DNA from: a candidate division FCPU426 bacterium
GTDB lineage: Bacteria > Oederibacteriota > Muellerivitia > Muellerivitales > Muellerivitaceae
Reading direction: 5' to 3'
NCBI GenBank assembly: GCA_963719085.1
Contig: CAVRAL010000004.1
Span: forward strand, 1,024,001-1,088,000
DNA: 64,000 nucleotides
The translations under genes and the position numbers were made by a program. Shown here one piece after another: positions 26,496 to 36,140 of the stretch. A model generated the notes under the pieces. It was given only the letters and a program-made list of their open reading frames with translations, had not been told where the DNA came from and ran no database searches. How positions within the stretch are numbered: the first letter of the stretch is position 1; each line of letters opens with the position of its first letter.

Positions 26496-29400
26496 TTGAA
26501 GACTTTTAAATCCAACCTATTTCGGCTCCCGGCCTCTTTCGCTCTCGCCTGCCTTCTATTCCATTTCGCCGGCGTAGCCACGGTTCAAGCCCAGAGCATT
26601 AACTCGGGGGCTGGAACCTTTACTTTCCCTCACAACGCGACTTACCCCCATGGTTTCATGGCCACCGGATTGCCCAGCACAGCCGCGAGCAACGGTGTTT
26701 CTACCACTTATCTCAATTGGTATTCCCATGCCGTCATCAATTCGGGTGTGACCCGTAGCGGCTTTCCCACCTGTACTTCCTGCTTAAGGGTTTTTCGCAA
26801 TACCAACAGTAATGATACCGTATCCGAAGGCATCGGCTATGGCATGTTGATCGCCGTGATGATGGATGATAAAACTTTGTTTGATGGCCTCTATAAGTAC
26901 GCCTACCAATGGATGCCGGATTCCAGCAACAACATGGTGATGGACTGGAATCTCAATTCAGGCGGCGGAATTATCGGCGCCAATGGCGCCACGGACGCCG
27001 ATGAGGACATGGCCATGGCCTTTTTGATCGCCAGCAAGATATGGCCGAGCGCGGCCGCGGTTGCCCTGACCAACAGCCAGCAGACGGCCGTGAGCAAAAC
27101 CTACCAACAAACCTACGAGGACATGGTCACCGCTATTTGGACCCAGGAAACCAAGGGGGGCGCGGGAGTCTATTCAGGGGACGCTTTCCAATATCCCTTC
27201 TACTCCAGCTATATGACGCCGGCTTGGTACAATTGCTGGAATTCCAGCGATACCTTCGGCCGTAGTTGGTCATCCTTAACGACCTGGGTCTACAGCACTT
27301 ATTTCAAGACGCTTTTCACCACCGACAACAAAGGCTTCATGCCGGATACGGCCACCGGACCGACCATCGGCAACAATGTGTCGACCATGAGTTTTGACGC
27401 TTCCCGTTATCCTTTGCGCATCGGCATCGACTATCTTTGGAACGGCTCCGCGGGCGCGGTCAGCTACGCGGGAACTTTCGCCACCAACGTGATGAACGCG
27501 GTGAACTCCAGCGGATTCGCCACGCAGGTCGGGGACAACTGGTCAGTGCCCGGCGGGACTCCCGGCGGTTCTTTCTGCGACTCGCTCCAAATCGGGCCCC
27601 TCGCGGTAGCCGCCATGATGACCAACCAAGCCAACGCCACCTCCGCCTATAACGAATTGACCGCCCGTTACGGTTCGCCCGGTTGTAACGGCGGGTCTGA
27701 AAACTTCCAGTATTTCCAAGACACGCTTTGCATGTTGAGCGAGTTGGTTTGTACCGGAAATTTCCCCAACATCGTTTGCGGCACTCCGCCCTGCGGAAGC
27801 CAGACTTGCACGCCCACGCCTTCGCCCACGCCCTTGGCCTGTTACATGGTTTCGGATGACGTTGACGGCACCGAAGAAAATCATACCAACGGTTATTGGT
27901 TCTCCTATAGCTATGCCAGCGTCAGCAATACGCCGGTCAAAACCCCCGTACTGGTGGGAGTTTCCAACACCAATTACATCTTGCAGGCCAATGGACCTAA
28001 CGGCATGCCTTACGCCGACAGTGTGACGGGCTACTGCGCCATCAATGGGGGAACGACGGTCGCTTCTTACGGCTCCGTGACCAATTCGCCCTCGGTGGTT
28101 TACGCCGGCTACGCGCTCGGAACCGAACTTTTGGCCGGTTACCAGAATCTCAATTCGATGACTAACATTAGTTTCTGGGTGGAAGCGACCAAAGCCCCTG
28201 TGACTCTTCAGATTTCTTTTTACAACGCCAATATTGACGTTCCAGCTGGTGGAAACGCCAACCAGTACAAGAACACGGCGCCGATCATCATCTCGACCGC
28301 CAATACTTGGCAGTATGTCTCCATTCCCTCGGGCATCGCCAATATCGCGCCCAGCTCTTACGCGCCGGCGCTGGGCGCGGGTCCGACGACTTATACCTAT
28401 GCCATGGCCATGAGCCAAGTGACGTCCCTGCAGTGGCAGGAAGTAGCGCCTTCCACCGGCGTGACTTACGGATTCTCCGTGGGCCAGGTTTGCATCGCCG
28501 GCACCAGCTGGGTCACGCCGACGCCTTTAGCCACCGCTACTCCTGTTGTCACCATTTTGCCGACCAATACGCCGACCTTATCTCCGACCGTGACCCAAAC
28601 GGCCACGAAGACCATCACGCCGACCTCGACCCCGACCCAAACGCCGACCGCCACCGCGACTCGAACCGCGACCACCACGATGACGCAAACGCCGACCGCT
28701 ACCCCCACCCTGACGCCCACATTGGCTTTCAGCCCGACTTTTACGGGTACGCCCACGGCTACCCGTACCTTGACGATGACCGCGACCGTTACCTCGACCA
28801 ATACGGCGACTGTAACCCCAAGCGCCACCTTCACTCGGACTGTGAGCCCGACCCCGACCCAAACCTCAAGCCCCACCATTACGATGACGCCGCCCGCGAC
28901 CTCCACGCCCACCCTAACGGGAACGATGACTTGGACGCCGACCGTGACGTCGACGCCTACGATCACCTTGACTCCGACGGTTTCCAATACGCCTACCATT
29001 ACGCAGACCCCGACGATCACCAATACGCCCTTGCCGACAAGCACGCCCACTCAAACGCCGACCATCACGGCGACGCCGCTTTTCTCGAGCACGCCGACGT
29101 TTAGCTTCACCCCGACGCCCACCACCACCTTCACGGCGACTTTGACGGGCACTTGGACCGCGACGCGGACCTGGACGCCCTTATTTACCAGCACGATCAC
29201 GCCCACCGGCACCAACACGCCGGTCTTTACCAGCACCACTACGTCGACGCCGACCTCCACCCCGACGCCGACCTTTACCCTGACTTTGGTTCCCACGGGG
29301 ACCTTCACGCCGACCTGGACGCCGACTCCCATTCCGGGCGTTAGCTTTGGGGCGCCTCAATTCACGGGGACCTCGCAAGCGGGCGATCCCTTCGTATATT

Positions 29401-30023
29401 CGATTCCTATCACCATTTCGGGCAGCACGGCTACGAACGTCAGCTTCGCGGATAATCTGCCTTCGGGCCTCAACTTCACCAGTTTCGGCACCATTCCGGC
29501 CGGTGGAACGCCGAGCGGCTCGACCATTACTTGGCCCACCCTGCCGGCGGGAATTTATAATATCGTCGTGAACGGAACTATTAGTAATACGGCCACGGGA
29601 ACCTTGACCAATAGCGCCACGCTGAGCTTTACGGGCGGCGGACCTTTGACTTCGTCACCGGCCAATGTTGTCGTTGTTGTCTTAACCGCGACCCCGACCG
29701 GGACCCCCAGCCCAACGGCGACCGCGGTCATCTTGGTGCCGGTTACCACGCCGGTTCCTTATCCCAACCCCTCAACCACCACCGGGCCCATTACGGTAGC
29801 CGTGTCCTTTGGCCAGCCGACGGGACCCGTGCATCTTGAAATCTTCACGACCGCGTTCCGAAAGATCCGGGATATAAACGAGGGTCCTGTGCCCGCGGGG
29901 ACGCAAAACTGGACCTTATACCTGGTGGATAACGACGGCATTTCCCTGGCCAATGGCCTTTATTACGTGGTGATCAGCACCCCCAACGGACGCTCGATCG
30001 GGAAAATATTGGTCCTGCGCTAA
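26496..30023 (+). CDS. Secreted GH8 glycoside hydrolase + CBM-like module + Thr-rich linker + DUF11-like domain + T9SS-like CTD
   Basis: DTVSEGIGYGML, ATDADEDMA, DASRYPLRIG. CTD PYPNP..FTTAFRKI..LANGLYY..KILVLR. Confidence 0.88.
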   Translation: MKTFKSNLFRLPASFALACLLFHFAGVATVQAQSINSGAGTFTFPHNATYPHGFMATGLPSTAASNGVSTTYLNWYSHAVINSGVTRSGFPTCTSCLRVFRNTNSNDTVSEGIGYGMLIAVMMDDKTLFDGLYKYAYQWMPDSSNNMVMDWNLNSGGGIIGANGATDADEDMAMAFLIASKIWPSAAAVALTNSQQTAVSKTYQQTYEDMVTAIWTQETKGGAGVYSGDAFQYPFYSSYMTPAWYNCWNSSDTFGRSWSSLTTWVYSTYFKTLFTTDNKGFMPDTATGPTIGNNVSTMSFDASRYPLRIGIDYLWNGSAGAVSYAGTFATNVMNAVNSSGFATQVGDNWSVPGGTPGGSFCDSLQIGPLAVAAMMTNQANATSAYNELTARYGSPGCNGGSENFQYFQDTLCMLSELVCTGNFPNIVCGTPPCGSQTCTPTPSPTPLACYMVSDDVDGTEENHTNGYWFSYSYASVSNTPVKTPVLVGVSNTNYILQANGPNGMPYADSVTGYCAINGGTTVASYGSVTNSPSVVYAGYALGTELLAGYQNLNSMTNISFWVEATKAPVTLQISFYNANIDVPAGGNANQYKNTAPIIISTANTWQYVSIPSGIANIAPSSYAPALGAGPTTYTYAMAMSQVTSLQWQEVAPSTGVTYGFSVGQVCIAGTSWVTPTPLATATPVVTILPTNTPTLSPTVTQTATKTITPTSTPTQTPTATATRTATTTMTQTPTATPTLTPTLAFSPTFTGTPTATRTLTMTATVTSTNTATVTPSATFTRTVSPTPTQTSSPTITMTPPATSTPTLTGTMTWTPTVTSTPTITLTPTVSNTPTITQTPTITNTPLPTSTPTQTPTITATPLFSSTPTFSFTPTPTTTFTATLTGTWTATRTWTPLFTSTITPTGTNTPVFTSTTTSTPTSTPTPTFTLTLVPTGTFTPTWTPTPIPGVSFGAPQFTGTSQAGDPFVYSIPITISGSTATNVSFADNLPSGLNFTSFGTIPAGGTPSGSTITWPTLPAGIYNIVVNGTISNTATGTLTNSATLSFTGGGPLTSSPANVVVVVLTATPTGTPSPTATAVILVPVTTPVPYPNPSTTTGPITVAVSFGQPTGPVHLEIFTTAFRKIRDINEGPVPAGTQNWTLYLVDNDGISLANGLYYVVISTPNGRSIGKILVLR

Positions 30024-30039
30024 GTCAAATGAAGCCGCT

Positions 30040-30074
30040 AAAACCCAAGGCCCTCCGGGGTCTTGGGTTTTTTT
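30040..30074 (+). terminator. Rho-independent terminator
   Basis: AAACCCAAGGCCC-tccg-GGGTCTTGGGTTT followed by a T run. Confidence 0.85.
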
Positions 30075-30237
30075 ATTGCTTGTAACGAAAACTCTCGGAC
30101 AAAAACCCCGGCAAGTTTGCGGCGGGTGAAAGGCCATTTTTCGAGGCCTAAGCCTTGGTTTTAAAAGGCCTTTCAGGCAAAGTAGTGCCTTCGCCGGGAG
30201 CCTGCTTTTTGATCTCATCTTTTTAAGGAGAGTAAGG

Positions 30238-30984
30238 ATGAACTGGAAAAACCCCCTGGTCGTCTTCTTCTTGGCCGGATTTCTCATGGCGGCGGGCTGC
30301 GGCAAAAAAAGTCCGGCTTCCCAATTGCCTCCGCCCACGGGCGTGATGGGCACGGGCGTGGTGACGGGCCAGGTGAGCTTAAAAGGAAAAATCCCTACGC
30401 CGTCCAAAATCAGCATGGATGCCGATCCGGCCTGCCAGGCCCAGCATCCGAATCCTGTTTATGATGAAACCGTGGTGGCCGACGCCAAGGGTGATTTGGC
30501 GAATGTGTTGGTTTATGTCCAAACCGGAGCCGCGGTTTACGCGCCGCCGAGCGCGCCGGTGACCTTGATCCAAAAGGGCTGTCTTTACACGCCCCATGTT
30601 TTCGGCGTGCAGGTGAACCAAGCCTTGGATATCTTCAACGGCGACCCCACCCTGCATAATGTCCACGCGGTGGCGGTGAGCAACGAGGGATTTAACGTGG
30701 GCCAAAATCAAAATGATAAGACGGAGCAATTTTTCAGCCAGCCCGAGATGCCGGTGAAATTTAAGTGCGATGTGCACAGCTGGATGACCTGCTACGGCGG
30801 GGTCTTTACCCATCCTTTTTTCAGCGTGACCGGCGCCGATGGCGCCTTTAAGATCACGGGTCTTCCGGCCGGGGATTACACCTTAGTGGCCTGGCAGGAA
30901 AAGTACGGTTTTTCCCAACCGCAAAAGATTTCGCTGAAAGACGGTCAAACCCAGAAACTTGATTTCATTTTTACGGCGCCCTGA
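30238..30984 (+). CDS. Lipoprotein with cupredoxin-like and carboxypeptidase-regulatory-like domains
   Basis: Lipobox AAGC; HNVH and CDVHSWM (Cys-x2-His-x2-Met) putative Cu ligands; GAFKITGLPAGDYTL. Confidence 0.7.
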   Translation: MNWKNPLVVFFLAGFLMAAGCGKKSPASQLPPPTGVMGTGVVTGQVSLKGKIPTPSKISMDADPACQAQHPNPVYDETVVADAKGDLANVLVYVQTGAAVYAPPSAPVTLIQKGCLYTPHVFGVQVNQALDIFNGDPTLHNVHAVAVSNEGFNVGQNQNDKTEQFFSQPEMPVKFKCDVHSWMTCYGGVFTHPFFSVTGADGAFKITGLPAGDYTLVAWQEKYGFSQPQKISLKDGQTQKLDFIFTAP

Positions 30985-31023
30985 TTTAATGGATCGCCCG
31001 TTCATTTCCATTTTGAGGTCCAA

Positions 31024-31947
31024 ATGAATCCTGAAAAAAAGGCCGTTTATTTTCAGCCCAAGCTTCACCGCTTTGCCTGGGTGGTCATGGGCTGCACCTT
31101 TTTGCTGCTTTTGGCCGGGGCTTTGGTTACCAGTACGGGTTCCAGTTTGTCGGTTCCCGATTGGCCGCTTTCCTACGGGACGCTTTTCCCCAAAATGACC
31201 GGCGGCGTGCTTTTTGAGCATGGGCACCGGCTGATCGCCGGAACCGTCTCGCTGCTGATGCTGGCGCTGGCCGTGACCATCCAAAAAAAGGAAACCCGCG
31301 GCTGGGTGAAGGTCATCGCTTGGTCGGCCATGGGCGCGGTTCTTTTGCAGGCGCTTTTGGGCGGGCTGACGGTTTTATACCATCTGCCCACGCCCGTTTC
31401 GGTTTGCCACGCTGGACTGGCCCAGATTTTCTTCTGCCTGGTCACGACCCTCGCGCTGGTGACGTCGAAAAATTGGATCGAGGAAACACCGGGACGCCTG
31501 GGGGCCTTGGCGCCCGGCTTGCCGATTTTCGCCGCGATCACGGTGGTTGTGATTTATATCCAGGTTCTTCTGGGCGCCTTGACCCGTCATAGCGGGGCGG
31601 GACTGGCGATGCCGGATTTTCCCCCCACCTTTTTACCTCCCGAATGGTCGCCCTTAGTCGTCATTCATTTTTGCCATCGGGTGGGGGCTTTGATCGTCAC
31701 GCTTCTGGTTTTAATTCTGGTTTACCGGGTCAATACGGTCGGGGCCGGGGAGCCGGGACTTACCCGTCCGGCCATCGCGGCGGGGCTTTTGCTTTGGCTT
31801 CAGCTATTTCTAGGCATGATGATCATCGTGACCGCCAAGGCGGTGGTCCCCACCAGCGTGCATGTCATTACGGGGGCCGCGCTCCTAGCGTCCACCCTGG
31901 TGGTGGCGCTTAAATGTTTCCAGCTTTTTAAACGGCCCGCGCGGTGA
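31024..31947 (+). CDS. ctaA: Heme A synthase (COX15/CtaA)
   Basis: VPDWP, FEHGHR, HFCHR, conserved His residues, about 8 TM segments. Confidence 0.88.
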   Translation: MNPEKKAVYFQPKLHRFAWVVMGCTFLLLLAGALVTSTGSSLSVPDWPLSYGTLFPKMTGGVLFEHGHRLIAGTVSLLMLALAVTIQKKETRGWVKVIAWSAMGAVLLQALLGGLTVLYHLPTPVSVCHAGLAQIFFCLVTTLALVTSKNWIEETPGRLGALAPGLPIFAAITVVVIYIQVLLGALTRHSGAGLAMPDFPPTFLPPEWSPLVVIHFCHRVGALIVTLLVLILVYRVNTVGAGEPGLTRPAIAAGLLLWLQLFLGMMIIVTAKAVVPTSVHVITGAALLASTLVVALKCFQLFKRPAR

Positions 31948-32804
31948 AAAAAAACTGGTTCCAAGATTTTTTAGTTCTCATCAAACTGCGCTTGAATTTG
32001 CTGGCGCTTCTAACGACGCTGGCCTGTTTTTATTTGGCCAGTTCGGGTCCCCTGGAATCATCCCTGATGGTTTTCACGCTTTTGGGCGCCACCGCGGTGG
32101 CGGCCGGGAGCGCCTCCTTGAACCAATGGTTGGAAGTGGAACAAGACTCGAAGATGAATCGCACCCGGCACCGGCCTTTGCCCGCGGGACGCATGGGTGC
32201 CTGGCAGGCGCTGGTGTTAGGCCTGTCGCTTTCGGCGCTGGGGGAAGGGTTTTTGTTTTGGCGGGTCAATGATTTGACCGGCTATTTAGGCCTGGCCGCC
32301 CTGATCAGTTACGTGGCGGTCTACACGCCGTTAAAAAAAATAACTTCCCTCAGCACGCTGGTGGGGGCCGTGCCGGGGGCGCTGCCGCCTCTCATGGGGT
32401 GGACCGCGGTTCGGGGCACGATTGGCGTGGAAGGTTGGGCGCTTTTCGCGGTTTTATTCCTTTGGCAGATGCCCCACTTTTTGGCCATCGGTTGGATTTA
32501 CCGGGACGATTACGAAAAGGCCGGCTTTCCCATGCTGCCGGTTTTGGACCGGGAAGGACAAGCCACGGGGTGGATGGCCGTTATTTACAGCGCCGCGCTT
32601 CTTCCGGTTTCCCTTTTGCCCGCCCTTTTTCATTTATCGGGATTGGTTTATTTTTGGACCGCGCTTGGGTTGAGTTTGGTTTTGATCGGCGCTAGTTTAA
32701 ATCTGGCTTTGCGAAAAAGCCTGAAGTCCGCCCGGTGGCTTTTCTTGACTTCTTTGGTTTATCTAACGGTTTTGTTTATCGTCATGGTGGCGGATCGAAC
32801 TTAA
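31944..32804 (+). CDS. ctaB: Heme O synthase (protoheme IX farnesyltransferase)
   Basis: LNQWLE..DSKMNRTRHRPLPAGR, YTPLKK, GAVPGALPPLMGW, WQMPHF, DDYEKAG. Confidence 0.93.
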   Translation: MKKNWFQDFLVLIKLRLNLLALLTTLACFYLASSGPLESSLMVFTLLGATAVAAGSASLNQWLEVEQDSKMNRTRHRPLPAGRMGAWQALVLGLSLSALGEGFLFWRVNDLTGYLGLAALISYVAVYTPLKKITSLSTLVGAVPGALPPLMGWTAVRGTIGVEGWALFAVLFLWQMPHFLAIGWIYRDDYEKAGFPMLPVLDREGQATGWMAVIYSAALLPVSLLPALFHLSGLVYFWTALGLSLVLIGASLNLALRKSLKSARWLFLTSLVYLTVLFIVMVADRT

Positions 32805-32824
32805 TCCATTTGGAAAGCGGGACA

Positions 32825-33760
32825 ATGCCGGCATTGCTGGAGGTCAACAACCTAAGCTACCAATACGGTGAACGCCGGGCGTTGGACGGGCTTTCTTTCG
32901 CCGTGGAGCGGGGCGAAATATTTGGGTTTCTCGGCCCCAATGGCGGCGGAAAAACCACCACCTTCAAAATTCTTTCCACCCTTTTTTCGACCCAGCCCGG
33001 CCAGGTTAAAATTTTCGGTTTGGATTTGGCCCAAGACCGGCTCAAGATCCGGGAAAAAATGGGCGTGGTGTTCCAACTGCCGGCGCTGGACAAAAAGCTC
33101 AGCGTGCGGGAGAACCTTTGGCACCAAGGCCATCTTTACGGACTCTTCGGGCGCGAGTTGTCTTCCCGAATGGACCGGGATTTAGAACGGGTGGGGCTTT
33201 TGAACCGCGCCAAGGACAAGGTGGGAACCTTATCGGGCGGGCTTCAGCGCCGGGTGGAGCTGGCCAAGGCGCTCTTGAACGACCCTGAACTTTTAGTTTT
33301 GGATGAACCCTCCACCGGGCTTGATCCTTCCGCCCGCCGGGAATTTTGGGGCCATTTGGAAGCCTTGCGAAAAGACCGGGGCATGACGGTTCTCATCACC
33401 ACCCATTTTCTGGAGGAAGCGGACCGCTGCGACCGATTGCTCATCCTCAATCAAGGCCAAAAAGTGGCCTTGGGATCGCCCGAGGGATTGAAAGCTGAGC
33501 TCGGCGGGGAAGTCTTGCGGATTAAAGCCAAGCATCCCGAAAGCCTGGTTCCTCAAATTGAGGCGAAATTGAAAAGATCGCTGACGGTCGTGGAGGGGCT
33601 TTTGTGCGTGGAAGCCAAGGACGCCCACCTTTTAGTGGCCCCTTTGATGGAAAGTTTTCCCGACGAGATTTTATCCCTCACCTTGGGGCTTCCCACCCTA
33701 GAGGATGTTTTCATTCACAATACGGGCCGGCGGTTTCAAACCCTGAAGGAGGACGCGTGA
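32825..33760 (+). CDS. ABC transporter ATP-binding protein (track start 32735)
   Basis: GPNGGGKTT, LSGG, LDEP, TTH. Confidence 0.93.
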   Translation: MPALLEVNNLSYQYGERRALDGLSFAVERGEIFGFLGPNGGGKTTTFKILSTLFSTQPGQVKIFGLDLAQDRLKIREKMGVVFQLPALDKKLSVRENLWHQGHLYGLFGRELSSRMDRDLERVGLLNRAKDKVGTLSGGLQRRVELAKALLNDPELLVLDEPSTGLDPSARREFWGHLEALRKDRGMTVLITTHFLEEADRCDRLLILNQGQKVALGSPEGLKAELGGEVLRIKAKHPESLVPQIEAKLKRSLTVVEGLLCVEAKDAHLLVAPLMESFPDEILSLTLGLPTLEDVFIHNTGRRFQTLKEDA

Positions 33761-34500
33761 ACTATTGGCTGGCCGTCTTCACCCTTTGGAACCGTGAATT
33801 GGTCCGTTTTTACCGCCAGCCCAGCCGGGTGGTGGGGGCTTTGGGAACCGCGCTCCTTTTTTGGGGCGTGCTGGGAACGGGCATCGGCGGCGGAACTTAC
33901 CGGGCCTATTTTTTTCCAGGCACGCTGGTCATGAGCATGCTTTTCACCTGTATTTTCTCAAACGCCTCGGTCATTGAGGACCGTCAAGCCGGATTTCTTC
34001 AATCGGTGTTAGTGGCCCCGGTTTCACGCGGGGCGTTGGTCATGGGAAAAATCCTGGGCGGCGCGACGCTTGCTTTTTTCCAAGGCTTCGTGCTTTTGGC
34101 TTTGGCGGGTACGGTGGGCGCGACTTTTGAGCCCGCGGCTTTTGGCGGGCTGTTACTCTCATTATTTCTCACGGCTTTCGTTTTGACGGGGATGGGCTTT
34201 TGGCTGGCCTGGACGGTAGAATCGTCCCAAGGCTTTCACACCTTGATGAACTTGATTCTTTTGCCCCTTTGGATGGCTTCGGGGGCGGTTTTCCCGGCGA
34301 CCCAATCGCCTTGGCTTCAAGCTTTCATGAAGATCAATCCACTGACTTACGGAGTCGCGGGCATCCGAAGGGGGCTGTTCCCCCACGCGGATTTATCCCT
34401 GGTGCCGGGTCTTTTTGTTTCTTGGACGGTTCTTTTCATCTTGGGGGCGGCGCTTTATGGTTTTTCGGCCTGGGCTGTGGAAAAAAGCAAAATCAGATAG
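33757..34500 (+). CDS. ABC-2 type permease (track start 33604)
   Basis: GTGA overlap with the ATPase gene; FFPG, DRQAGFL..LVAPVSR, SGAVFP, NPLTY. Confidence 0.88.
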   Translation: MNYWLAVFTLWNRELVRFYRQPSRVVGALGTALLFWGVLGTGIGGGTYRAYFFPGTLVMSMLFTCIFSNASVIEDRQAGFLQSVLVAPVSRGALVMGKILGGATLAFFQGFVLLALAGTVGATFEPAAFGGLLLSLFLTAFVLTGMGFWLAWTVESSQGFHTLMNLILLPLWMASGAVFPATQSPWLQAFMKINPLTYGVAGIRRGLFPHADLSLVPGLFVSWTVLFILGAALYGFSAWAVEKSKIR

Positions 34501-34513
34501 GTAAGGAACAAAC

Positions 34514-35128
34514 GTGAAGTCAAAGAACGCCTTAAGTTGGAAAGAGTGGATCGCCTTAAGCGTGGCCCTGGTGGCTTTGGCGGCGCTGGGCTTCAAGATC
34601 GCCTTTCTTTCCGCGAAGCCCCCAGTCGACACTCTGGGCAAGGCTCCGGCTTTTAAGTTTGAGGATCGAAGCGGAGCGATGGTTTCAAACTCCGATTTAA
34701 ACGGAAAATTTTGGGTGGCTGATTTTATTTTTACCCGGTGCGCGGGTTCCTGCCCGGTTTTAGGGGAGCAAATGAAACGCCTGCAAAAAGACTGGAAGGG
34801 AAGCCCCAAACTTGATTTGGTGACCTTTACGGTGGATCCGGATTATGACACCGCGGCGGTCTTAAAAGAATATGCCGCCGACTTAGGCGCCGATCCCAAA
34901 CAATGGTTTTTCCTGACCGGGGCCAAGAAGGACCTGCTTCAAACGGCCGAAGAGGGCTTTAAATTAACCGCCATTGAGAACCCCGGCGCCGAGCCGGGGG
35001 CCTTGTTTATCCACAGTACCAAATTGGTTTTGGTGGGGCCTGACGGCACCATCTTGGGTTATTACGACGGCACAGACAACACCGAGTTCCAGAAATTGCG
35101 GGACGAGCTTAAATCTTTATTGCGCTAG
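34514..35128 (+). CDS. SCO1/SenC copper chaperone
   Basis: FIFTRCAGSCP (CxxxC), TVDPDYDT, HST. Confidence 0.92.
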   Translation: MKSKNALSWKEWIALSVALVALAALGFKIAFLSAKPPVDTLGKAPAFKFEDRSGAMVSNSDLNGKFWVADFIFTRCAGSCPVLGEQMKRLQKDWKGSPKLDLVTFTVDPDYDTAAVLKEYAADLGADPKQWFFLTGAKKDLLQTAEEGFKLTAIENPGAEPGALFIHSTKLVLVGPDGTILGYYDGTDNTEFQKLRDELKSLLR

Positions 35129-35137
35129 GAGCTAAAA

Positions 35138-35563
35138 ATGGACTATTCGATTTTTCCGGTCATCAACGCCAGCCTCAACGGGTTGAGCGCGGTTTTTTTA
35201 CTCGCGGGTTTTTGGTTCATTAAGCATGGCCAAAAGAATTTCCACCGGCTTTGCATGGTGACGGCCTTCACCATTTCGGTCGTGTTTCTCGCTTGCTACC
35301 TGACCTATCACTTTCACGCCGGGGTGGTTCATTTTGGAGGCCAGGGCTGGGTGAAGTATGTTTATTTTTTCATCCTCACCACCCACACGATTTTGGCCGG
35401 CATTGTTCCCGTCTTGGCCATCATCACCCTGACCCGCGCGCTCAAGGGCCAGTTTGAAAAGCACAAGAAAATCGCCCGGTTCACCTACCCCATCTGGCTT
35501 TATGTTTCCGTGACCGGAGTGGTTGTTTATTGGATGTTGTTCCATCTGTATCCCCCAGCCTAA
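35138..35563 (+). CDS. DUF420 family membrane protein (oxidase assembly associated)
   Basis: NASLN, HRLCM, FLACYL.YH, HKKIAR..PIWLYVSVTG. Confidence 0.88.
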   Translation: MDYSIFPVINASLNGLSAVFLLAGFWFIKHGQKNFHRLCMVTAFTISVVFLACYLTYHFHAGVVHFGGQGWVKYVYFFILTTHTILAGIVPVLAIITLTRALKGQFEKHKKIARFTYPIWLYVSVTGVVVYWMLFHLYPPA

Positions 35564-35576
35564 GGCAGGAGTAAGC

Positions 35577-36011
35577 ATGGCCAATCAAAACGAAGACCAA
35601 ATAAACCAAATCGTCCAACAAGCCAAAACCGTGGCGGTTTACGGCATGCAGGATGAGGCGCACGGCGACCGGGCGGCTTTTTTGATTCCCCAAATGCTTC
35701 AGCATCGGGGGCTCAAGCTTTATCCGGTGAACCCAAAAATCCAATCGTCCTTGGGGGAAAAGTCGTTGGCGTCGCTCCAAGACCTGCCCGTGAAAGTGGA
35801 TATCCTGGATGTTTTCCGCCGCAGTGACGCCATCCCGGAATTGGCCGATGAAATTTTGGCGCTGCCCGTTGAAAAAAGACCCAAGGTGATTTGGCTGCAG
35901 ACGGGGATCAGCCATCCAGCGGCCGAGGCGAAATTGGCCCAGGCCGGTTTTCAAGTCGTCTCGGACGCTTGCTTAGGCGTCTGGGCCGCCCGGGTCCGGG
36001 AAAAGGCCTAG
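35577..36011 (+). CDS. CoA-binding domain protein (YccU-like; track start 35523)
   Basis: YPVNP, VDILDVFRRS, IWLQTGI; AGGAG RBS. Confidence 0.88.
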   Translation: MANQNEDQINQIVQQAKTVAVYGMQDEAHGDRAAFLIPQMLQHRGLKLYPVNPKIQSSLGEKSLASLQDLPVKVDILDVFRRSDAIPELADEILALPVEKRPKVIWLQTGISHPAAEAKLAQAGFQVVSDACLGVWAARVREKA

Positions 36012-36140
36012 CGGGTTTAAGGACGGCTTTTCCCTTATAACGACGGGAAATCTTTTGTCCCGGAGGTTATTGCCGACAATTTCCGCCCAAAAGGACTATG
36101 GTAGGGAGACCAAAAAACGTCGAAGGGAAGTACGGACTTA

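Noticed and set aside
1214..29332. Many Val/Gly/Ala-rich minus-strand ORFs (e.g. 5852-6283, 13846-14562, 23419-24192, 28466-29050)
   Set aside because: They are antisense shadows of the Thr/Pro-rich linkers (ACN/CCN codons read as GT/GG-rich) and lie entirely within real genes.
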